The notes under the pieces are model-generated. The model made no database searches, was not told where the DNA came from, and saw only the letters and a program-made list of their open reading frames with translations. From a virus (Duplodnaviria; Caudoviricetes): a DNA stretch of 64,000 nt. Both the position numbers and the translations under genes were made by a program. The stretch is from IMG/VR virus record IMGVR_UViG_3300028888_000001; one strand, written 5' to 3'. Positions 21,216 through 29,868 of this stretch are shown piece by piece (the stretch's first letter is position 1; each line of letters opens with the position of its first letter).

Positions 21216-24200
21216 TTAAAAATTAAAGTTGTCCATATAGTTATAGTCTTCATCTTCTAGCATCCACGCTTGATTAGCTGGGACAGCAGTTGCTACAGGT
21301 CTATCACTGTCACTTTCAAAATTCTTATCAGTAGGATTATAGAATGATGAAAATACAGTTTCTGGCACATTGAATTGTCCATCTATAGAGACATATTTAT
21401 TCAAAGGCTGATCTTTTGGAATGCTATATAATTCTCTATATGCTTTTTCTCCAAGAGGAGTATTCAATAGAGCTTCAAATTGTTTATGCTCTTCAGTACG
21501 CTGCTTATTGAGGAATTCGTTTAGAGATGTTCCGCCTGCTTTAATAGCAGCATTTAAATCTGCTTCAATTGTTTGATCTATTTCGTCTTTGGTGCTAAAT
21601 GAGTATACTATATCTACAGTATCATCGTTAAAATAGTCTATTGGTTCATCTATATCTTCATCTGTCTTTATAGAGGTTTTCTTTATTCCATACCTCTCAG
21701 CAAGATTGATACCTTCATACCATACCCATAAAGCCATTAACCAAGAGAATATTTGGTCATCATGGGTAGAATCAGAATGCTCAACCTTACCATTCTTTTT
21801 TATTTCCATTCCTAAAAGCTCATTATAGATAATTGGAGATATAACTTTATCTTTATGACTTTCTACTCTATCTATTAATATATCTATTAATTGCTTACGC
21901 ACATCTCTGGTTGAATTCAATCCATAGACTTTAGTGCGTATTTTCTGCTTATATGCATGAACGCCATCTTGACGTTCTTCTACAGTAATATCTTTAATCT
22001 CATAATAAAGATTCTTTTTCAGTCCACCTTTAATAAGTCGGGCTATTACACTGGACCCATACCCCCCGTTCCTCTCGACATTTACGACAGCGTTTGGCAT
22101 CCAGTTTTTAACCATGAATTCAATACAGCGGGCTAAGTCAAATGCTGATATGTAATTACAATTTAAGCAGCCTAATACTTTAGTTGAGTAAGAGTCTATA
22201 ACTGTAATACATGAGCTGTCTTGCTTATAGCCAGCTGCAACGTCAACACCAATTATAGGCGGATACGTTCTAGTGTCTGCTTGTAGATAAGTTTCAAATC
22301 TATATTTACCTAATAGATATACTACAGAAATCGGTTGTTTAACAAGAGTGCTTATACTATTAAGATCTTCTTCTCTAAATGGGCTATTATCAACACCAGT
22401 AGACCACTCAAGAAGAATTTCTCTTCGAATATCTGGCCAAGAACCCTTAAGAAGCTTAGCGACTTCATTAAACCACTGCTCTGAGCAACCAAGTTGTTGA
22501 TATGTGAATTTAATATATACAAAATCAGATTTAGTATTAGCGTCTAGTATTTGCTTTAACTGTGGCCATGTAAGATCATACCAAGATTCAGAAAATGGTG
22601 TAGCTAATTCTTTAGTTTGATAGGCTTCTTTACCTTCCAATTATCTTCACATAGTTCGCTATACTATGCAGTTCTCTTATGAACTTCTATAGGTGTTACC
22701 TATACGTTGAGACTATATTACTGCTCTTATTATTTTATAAGAAGCTCTATTTATTTTGAACTCGCTTGAGCTCTACTCGCATGTAGCGATAGTCGTTGAA
22801 CTTTTTATTATGATATTTTTTTAAAATCTCATAATAACTTAGCTGCTGATTATACATTGTTAACGGCTTTTAGCACCATCATTATACAATGATGGCTTTT
22901 ATTTCAGCATGAGCCATCCTCTAATTTATTTCTATCTTTCGATTCCTATATTTAGGTATAGAGGCTTTAGCACTTCCCAGCAATTAAAATAGATTTAGAC
23001 ACCGTGTCACCACGATGAATGGACAAATTTTATCCGTGGTCATGAAGCCTGGCGTGGTGGTTATTAATACACCATATGGAGCACCATTCTTTTTAGCATT
23101 TGCAGCTGCAGTTTTAAATGCAGGTGCGCCATTCAGATATACTACACCATTATATGGTAAGAAAGCATACTCGTCAAACCAAAGTAAAACTAGCGTTTTA
23201 CCACGCAAGATACTTGCAGCTCTTGCTTTATTAGTTGCTGAAGCAAATACTTTAATAGTGTTATTATTAAACGGATTTGCCATTTCCGTCATATTATCTT
23301 TACCTTTTTGGATTTTTCCATCTGGTAAGACTCTTTCTTTCATAATAAGATATGGTGGAAGCATATCTCTTAAATCTTTAAGAGTTTGAATATTATCTTT
23401 AGCACCATCCATATTCTTATGCAAGAAAGCCATTTTGGAATTAGTCGTGGCAAAATTATAAATATATAAATATCTAACTGCCGCTGAGACAGTCTTACCT
23501 TGCTCGTTATCTTCACAGAGTTCGTTAAGCTCTGCAGTTCTCCTATGAACTTCTATAGGTGTTACCTATAGCACGAGACTATATCAGTATCCTATATGGT
23601 ATAGGATATTCTTCATTTCGATTTAAGGGGTTCTCACCCACTCACTTGAGCCCTACTCCTATAGACTATTTTTATAGCGCCATCCTATGGGATAGTCGTT
23701 GAACTTAATTTTTTATATATTAAGCTGCTGATTGTACATTGTTTATAGCTTTTAGCACTTCACATAAGTGAAGCTTTTATTTCAGCATGAGCCATCCTGA
23801 AACTTGTTTCTATCTTTCGATTCCTTATAGGCATTCAGGCTTTAGCACTTTCCAGCAATTAAAAGAAATTCACTCACAATATTACTACTATAAGTGGATT
23901 ATAAGATTAGTCGAGGCGCTTCATAAAATACATTAAGATTTAATGCTTGGCAAAAATTTAAAGCAAGATTACCTCTAGTAAGTTTATATCGCATTGGCGC
24001 ACCGCCAGGCGATGGGATTCTCACAACCTCGCGGATGAAATACCAATAATTACTGAGGCATTCTTTAAGTATTTTTTGCTTATAAAGCATATTTAGATTC
24101 GGATCATATGGATCTACACCATCTAGATCTGGATCTATTAACGTAAGCATAAACTCATTATTCTTAATACCGATGGCTTTAAGATAATGATGCATATCTA

Positions 24201-24330
24201 AAAACGATTTATTTTTAGTCGTTTTCTGCGCATAAATACGTTTTATTGGTGTCGGTTTTGCTATCACTGGAGGCGGCATAAAACTGCCCATTGTAGGTGT
24301 AGCAGATTGACCTGCAAACATTACAGGCAT
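21216..24330 (-). CDS. terL: Terminase large subunit, three exons (24330-23910, 23504-23032, 22637-21216; ~771 aa spliced)
   Basis: Joined Walker A PRQQGKT, Walker B LLWFDEYAF, ITTTPG coupling motif, nuclease IGVDVAAG..VERN..HDDQI. Confidence 0.9.
22638..23031 (-). ncRNA. Group I intron (394 nt, no ORF) in terL
   Basis: P aattgctgggaa, Q aatcagcagc, R gttcaacgacta, S aatatagtc; P1 ggaU/gucc; ends in G; restores GFMTTD|EGKEAY. Confidence 0.92.
23505..23909 (-). ncRNA. Group I intron (~405 nt, no ORF) in the terL Walker A codons
   Basis: Same P/Q/R/S core (aattgctggaaa, aatcagcagc, gttcaacgacta, gatatagtc); exact splice sites uncertain by 1-2 nt. Confidence 0.88.
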
Positions 24331-24383
24331 ATTCTGATCCTCCTTTCATTTTAAGATTTATTATTTTGTCCAAGATGATAATT

Positions 24384-24617
24384 TGTAAGGATATAATAAA
24401 TAATAGACTTTTTAGTAAATTAAAAATAATAGAAAGGAGTTTTATGATGTTACATTTAAATGTTTTTATCGGCGACGATTATGTTACATTCGAAGATGAA
24501 ACAGGTAGTCGTTTTTCTATAGATGCTACTATAGATGATAACAACGATATAAAAATGGATCTAGATGATTTTATGAGTGGTTTAGAGTCTATCGATATTG
24601 ATGTAGAACGAGTATAA
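24384..24617 (+). CDS. Small acidic hypothetical protein (likely start ~24444)
   Basis: RBS gaaaggag before the ATGATG. Confidence 0.55.
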   Translation, partial: CKDIINNRLFSKLKIIERSFMMLHLNVFIGDDYVTFEDETGSRFSIDATIDDNNDIKMDLDDFMSGLESIDIDVERV

Positions 24618-24636
24618 TTATAGGAGGATTTAATAA

Positions 24637-25224
24637 ATGAATAAAACATACGAAGAAGTTGTAAGAGAACTGATTGAAGAGCCAAAATATTCTTCTGATT
24701 GGATTGATATTGCTGCTAAGCTCATAAGCGAGTTTAATTACACGGTAGATAAATTAGAAAAATTTAATAATAAGCAGCTTAATATTATCTATAATGCTAA
24801 TAAGCGATATGGCGAAGATAATGTAAATCCAGATGCTCCATATATTTCCGCTATAACAAATCCAAAGTTTAATGATACTCAAATGCAATTATTAGATACA
24901 GCAAGACAAAATGACATTGAGGGTGATGAGCTTAAACGTCTAATGAATCCATCATTATCATATTCCAAATTAAATTACTTAGTGCAGTCTCTAATAGATG
25001 GGTATGATATCGCTAAAGAGTATAACGTAGACAATCTCTCCATTGGACAGATATATGAGATTTATGCAGCGTTTAAATCTGGTATCGATATTTCTTCTTA
25101 TTTCTCACCTGACAATACAGAGCTTAGCGATAATCAGCTTGCTATTATGAGACATGCTGCTGAGTTAGGTCTCAATGCTAAATATGATAAATCTACAAAG
25201 CAGATTATAATTACAGAAGTATAA
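24637..25224 (+). CDS. Helical-repeat protein, paralog of 25445..26008
   Basis: Shared PxY..DWI..AA, NPKFNxTQ and Q.YEI motifs. Confidence 0.75.
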   Translation: MNKTYEEVVRELIEEPKYSSDWIDIAAKLISEFNYTVDKLEKFNNKQLNIIYNANKRYGEDNVNPDAPYISAITNPKFNDTQMQLLDTARQNDIEGDELKRLMNPSLSYSKLNYLVQSLIDGYDIAKEYNVDNLSIGQIYEIYAAFKSGIDISSYFSPDNTELSDNQLAIMRHAAELGLNAKYDKSTKQIIITEV

Positions 25225-25444
25225 AAATATTTATATATGAACTATAAAATAATCAAGTAGAGTTTGCTTGTTCTTTGCTTGATTGGCTGCTTTCAACTAT
25301 TAATCAATATATAAAATTAAAACTCCTGCATGATTTTATATATTGATTAAGGTTCAGTTGTCATTCCATTTTTCATTTTATCTTTCCCTTATCCTTAAGT
25401 CGCGCCAAGTACCCTTACGGGTACTTGGGTTGCTTTTGTTTTTG

Positions 25445-26008
25445 CTAGTCTTCTTTATTTTTCTGCAGAATTTCTTTAGGCCTTACCAATAGCTCACCAG
25501 TGTCTACATTATATTTTACATCCAGCCCAGCATGTAAAGCTGTTGCTATCATATGCATGAATGGAGCTGGCACTATCGGTGAAGCATATGTATTATAATC
25601 TATTTTCATTCTATAGCCATATAATATTTCATAACACTGATCTGGATAAAGAGCAGCGAGATTATCAACTTTAGACCAATCTAGACCTTCCTCGATGCCT
25701 TGAGCTATATAATCCATAGACTGATACGGTATATCTGGGTTTGCCAGTAATAGCAGTTTATCTCTGTCAAAGCCCTTCTCTATGCAAGTTGATAAGATTG
25801 TCAACTGTGTTGAATTAAATTTTGGATTAAACAGCAACTGAGCATATGGTGTGGCTATAATACTTCTAATCTTAGCTAATTGGAATGCTGTAAATTTAGA
25901 TAAAAAAATTTCCGTAGCTGCATTATTATGTATAAACCATGCAGCTTGATTAATCCAATCCATATCATATGCAGGGTTAGCTTTGAGTTTGTTAATAATT
26001 TCTTCCAT
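25445..26008 (-). CDS. Helical-repeat protein, paralog of 24637..25224
   Basis: Same shared motifs; convergent orientation. Confidence 0.75.
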   Translation of the reverse strand: MEEIINKLKANPAYDMDWINQAAWFIHNNAATEIFLSKFTAFQLAKIRSIIATPYAQLLFNPKFNSTQLTILSTCIEKGFDRDKLLLLANPDIPYQSMDYIAQGIEEGLDWSKVDNLAALYPDQCYEILYGYRMKIDYNTYASPIVPAPFMHMIATALHAGLDVKYNVDTGELLVRPKEILQKNKED

Positions 26009-26098
26009 TTTTGTATCCGCCTTTCTATAAAAAATAAAATAGGGCTACCCAAAATAGGATAGCCCATGTAATAGAATTTTCCGCTTATTTTTTAATAA

Positions 26099-26749
26099 TT
26101 AATATCCGTATCTAACAACCCATACATCAGCATATTGCACGCCAAATTCTTCACAGGCATCGGGGTCTCCCAGGAATAGGTCTAGTGCCCCGTACCCGAA
26201 GCCCCCGGTGTCTTCCACTAACCATTCCCCCAGCCCAGCTATTTCAACGATAGTTCCAAATGGTAATTCGTTTGATGCACAAGTCCAATACTCTGTGGGA
26301 TAATTACCATTAGCGCATAATGATCCATCGTGTTCATATGCTGTGAGTCTTAATGTACCAAGATAATCGCCTTCACCGGTATATGAAACTGTGCCTTCTT
26401 CATTTGTATCAGTGCTTTTATCTTCTGCTTCTGGTTTATCTTGGCTTATATAATTATTATTCACATAAAAGACTGATTTTCTTGGTGTATAATAAATAGC
26501 TGTCCATTCTTCATCTTCTTCAGTTACAGATAATACTTCGATTTCATCTCCATATGCAAGAGTATCGATAATACTTGAATTGATATCGGGCTGTCTTCTG
26601 ATATTTAACCCAATATCAGCAGTAACATAATACGTTTGACGATCATCATAATATTTCAAGTATTTGTTTGTTGGTGTTGCACATACTCCGGTGTTAATAA
26701 TAAGCTCTGCTATAAAACTAACTATGGTTACCATTAATGCTTTTTTCAT
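26099..26749 (-). CDS. Secreted SH3b + 3D-domain cell-wall protein
   Basis: Signal-like N-terminus; GLNIRRQP..W SH3b; LTAY..ASN.LPFGT..EDTGG..LDLF 3D domain. Confidence 0.85.
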   Translation of the reverse strand: MKKALMVTIVSFIAELIINTGVCATPTNKYLKYYDDRQTYYVTADIGLNIRRQPDINSSIIDTLAYGDEIEVLSVTEEDEEWTAIYYTPRKSVFYVNNNYISQDKPEAEDKSTDTNEEGTVSYTGEGDYLGTLRLTAYEHDGSLCANGNYPTEYWTCASNELPFGTIVEIAGLGEWLVEDTGGFGYGALDLFLGDPDACEEFGVQYADVWVVRYGY

Positions 26750-26769
26750 TTTGTCATTTCCCCCTTAGA

Positions 26770-28893
26770 TTATAATTTAACTATGTTACTATAATTAACA
26801 CTATCGTTATCTAATCTTTTTAAACCTATAGAATCAAGCGGAAAATTCTTAAGATTATCATTAACGATCGTGTTAATATCAACAAACTCTAATATCCAGT
26901 CTGGTACTTCTGTATCTACCGGAAACGCTATCGTTTCTAGCTTGGTTGATAGTTTCGGATGATCGAGAAGTCTTTTAATTTTCTCATATACCTCTGGATA
27001 TTTATCTTTAATTTTTTCTACATTGTTACGATTAATAATGGTTTTAACCTTGATGATTTTATTTCTTTCATCAAGATTTATCGCAGGCATATCGCCGGTT
27101 CTTAATTCATTATAAACCATACTTGCCATAACACCATTAACTCTTGTAGGATCTGCATATGAGGAAATTGATGCAATATTATCTGGCTTATAATACGTGG
27201 TTTCTTTCCTCATAATAGATTCAGTTATCTGTTTTTCTACAATGACTATCTTCTTTAATATTCCAATTTGATCTATATTATCAGCGTTTAATACATCTTC
27301 ATATAATATACGCTGGAATTGAGACTTAACTTTCTCTGGCAACGTAGATTTATTTATTGGCAGACCACTAACTCCTAAACGTGCTTTTTGGTTGTTGGGA
27401 ATTACATTGCCCTCCTGAAGAAGCTGAAGACTTGCATAATTCTTTTTGTTTGGAGTTAGCATTAATCTCTTAAATAGAAACTCATTTTTCATTATCATTT
27501 TAGAATGAGTTTTAGGCGCACTACTACCAGCACGTATGCAATATCTGTCGAGATAGTCAACGATCAAATCACTACAGATATATGCAATGATATTTATAAT
27601 AGAATACTTAAGACTATCCTGTGGAATAATATCCATCGGATGTATTGTCTGTTTGAGATGTATAATTTCGTCTGTATAGAAATCATAATCTAATCTTGGT
27701 TCTAGTATGTCCATCATTTTTAATTTTGGTTTATCTCCAAATTCATCTGCTTTGATGAGCTCCATAATATCGAATTTCTCTCTCTTTATAGGCATATCGA
27801 TATTATAGACCTTATCCAGAATAAATCTATACCAACCATCAAATGATACCATGCAGCTATCAGTATCGACTACAGCGACAACGTCACGCTGCATATATTC
27901 TATTCTGTCAAGTTTATCTATATAAAAGAACCCATAATATACATACTCCTTAATAATTTCAGTTAAGTGTGATAACTCATCTGCAATTATTTTTGGCGGT
28001 TTATTTGGATTCATAAATGGTTGATCTAGTTTCTTTAATATTTCTATTATAATATTAGATACAACTGGCAAATCACAAAAACAGAATAGATTATTCTTAT
28101 AGAATATTCTATTTATATCTTCATTAGAAAGGCCTTGAATTCTTTCCCATACTAACGACATCTGTTTTTCTGTTGGTATCCATATTGTTGGATCTACATT
28201 GTTTAGTAATCTGAAGAAGCACTCTTCTTTAGTTATATTTCTATCTAATATCATAGAGTCATCAAACTTTCGTTCTGACTTCTCTGATAGTACGTTATCT
28301 ATAAATATAATTATCTCATTTAGAGAGTTAAACTTGACATTATTCCCAATGAATGCTTCAAACATGGTTATGCTACAAGATATATAGGCTTTACCCTGCA
28401 TAGTTATTGCAGAGGCTACATATAGATTATAAAATGTATTTACATTGTTTCCGAGTACTCCATAGGTAGCGTTCCCGTTGAGTTTCTCTAATAGCTGTAA
28501 GAGATTATACTTCTCGAACATCGCTGAGCCTTTGGGATATTTAAACATCTCTTTTTTATACTTGGCTCTTTGATCTAGAAAACCCATTATCATTTTACTC
28601 AATGGGTTATCTGCTTCTTTGTGCTTTTTATATAAAACTCCAGAGGATGTTACTATTGGTTCTAGCTTTTGTATATAGTTTAATATATCTAGAACTGTAC
28701 CGTTGATTCTCTGCTTAGTATAATTATTATCAATATATGCCGGCTTATTATCATGCCTGCTGATGATGGAATCATCTATAGCTTCTTCTAATTCTTCTCT
28801 CGATAGATTTGTGAATGAACTAGATAAGCCATCTATCATTACTCTTTTATAATCCTTCACTACCTGTGTTTGTAGTATCTTGCTGCTTTTCAT
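26770..28893 (-). CDS. Split family-B DNA polymerase, C-terminal subunit (fingers, palm, thumb)
   Basis: Motif B QLLEKLNGNATYG, motif C VVDTDS, KKNYA; no exonuclease or motif A. Confidence 0.9.
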   Translation of the reverse strand: MKSSKILQTQVVKDYKRVMIDGLSSSFTNLSREELEEAIDDSIISRHDNKPAYIDNNYTKQRINGTVLDILNYIQKLEPIVTSSGVLYKKHKEADNPLSKMIMGFLDQRAKYKKEMFKYPKGSAMFEKYNLLQLLEKLNGNATYGVLGNNVNTFYNLYVASAITMQGKAYISCSITMFEAFIGNNVKFNSLNEIIIFIDNVLSEKSERKFDDSMILDRNITKEECFFRLLNNVDPTIWIPTEKQMSLVWERIQGLSNEDINRIFYKNNLFCFCDLPVVSNIIIEILKKLDQPFMNPNKPPKIIADELSHLTEIIKEYVYYGFFYIDKLDRIEYMQRDVVAVVDTDSCMVSFDGWYRFILDKVYNIDMPIKREKFDIMELIKADEFGDKPKLKMMDILEPRLDYDFYTDEIIHLKQTIHPMDIIPQDSLKYSIINIIAYICSDLIVDYLDRYCIRAGSSAPKTHSKMIMKNEFLFKRLMLTPNKKNYASLQLLQEGNVIPNNQKARLGVSGLPINKSTLPEKVKSQFQRILYEDVLNADNIDQIGILKKIVIVEKQITESIMRKETTYYKPDNIASISSYADPTRVNGVMASMVYNELRTGDMPAINLDERNKIIKVKTIINRNNVEKIKDKYPEVYEKIKRLLDHPKLSTKLETIAFPVDTEVPDWILEFVDINTIVNDNLKNFPLDSIGLKRLDNDSVNYSNIVKL

Positions 28894-29005
28894 CGTGTTC
28901 CTCCTTAAGACGTTTCACCTCTTCATCTATGTCTTTTATTTGACCAGGAGCGGCCTTATAAATTAAAACGCCTTTTCTCACTTCAACTTTAAGATTTTCA
29001 TCCAT
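28847..29005 (-). CDS. Small hypothetical protein (start MDENLK)
   Basis: RBS ggagg; overlaps the pol C start. Confidence 0.5.
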   Translation of the reverse strand: MDENLKVEVRKGVLIYKAAPGQIKDIDEEVKRLKEEHDEKQQDTTNTGSEGL

Positions 29006-29142
29006 AGATATTTTACCTCCAAAATTATAATATACAATTAATCTTAAGTTTGCCATTTAATAAAATATGAAAACATATTTATAAATGCCTATAAGGTTGT
29101 AGATCTACACATTTTAATAAATTTATTAAGGAGGAATATTCC

Positions 29143-29679
29143 ATGTTTTTTAATGACTATATGCTAGAATCAGAAGATCTTGAGTCTGAAGACATTGATA
29201 AAGTAATGACACCGACTGAAGGTACGACTGAAGAAGAACAAATTATTGCTAATCAGGTAGAAGAAATTGTTCAAACAGAAGCATTTGATGCTGCTCAGTA
29301 TTTTGAGGGTGGTGCAGAAGCAATCGAACAGTTCATGGAATCTGCTGAAATGAAAGCTCAGCTTGAAGCGTTTGGGCCTTTCGGTATGAATAAAAAGAAC
29401 ACGTTCGTAAGGATGAGCCGTAAAGACGACCTTCAGAGACGTACTCATTTAGCTTGCTTGATTCTTGCTAAAAATCATAAAGACCCGCTGTTTACCAAGC
29501 TTGCTAACAATCGTATTAAAGAGCGTGCACTTCGTAAACAGATTTTCAGCAAGTATGAGCAGAAAGCTTCTAGGATCGCTCGTATTAGCCAGAAAAAAGC
29601 TCTCGCTAATAAAAAGAAATTCAACTTCCCATTCTTTAAGAAGAAAGAAACTTCTGATGAGCAGCAACCTGAAGATTAA
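29143..29679 (+). CDS. Probable internal head protein
   Basis: Late-type promoter 29072-29084; acidic N-terminus with xxES sites, basic C-terminus. Confidence 0.55.
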   Translation: MFFNDYMLESEDLESEDIDKVMTPTEGTTEEEQIIANQVEEIVQTEAFDAAQYFEGGAEAIEQFMESAEMKAQLEAFGPFGMNKKNTFVRMSRKDDLQRRTHLACLILAKNHKDPLFTKLANNRIKERALRKQIFSKYEQKASRIARISQKKALANKKKFNFPFFKKKETSDEQQPED

Positions 29680-29824
29680 TTAGCCATTTTCTTTATTTTT
29701 GATTTCATAAACTTTTCACCTTCTGAAATGCTGGATGGGAAACCATCCAGCAATTTCTATTGTTTATATTAAAAATTACAATGTTAAAAACGTAATAATA
29801 ATCTAGCCTAATATTATTTTTAGA

Positions 29825-29835
29825 TATATATTATA
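29825..29835 (+). promoter_or_regulatory. Early-type phage promoter T(A/G)TATATTATA (representative of ~14 copies)
   Basis: Also at 2079, 12345, 20860, 34407, 35804, 38755, 42975, 49917, 51847, 56193, 61255 (+) and 8749, 17744, 29026 (-). Confidence 0.75.
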
Positions 29836-29868
29836 ATATTGGACTAAAAATAAGGGAGGGTAAAATAT

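Noticed and set aside
21216-24330. Inteins, frameshifts or stop-codon recoding to explain the fragmented terminase
   Set aside because: The gaps are non-coding and contain group I core motifs; other long ORFs read normally in code 11
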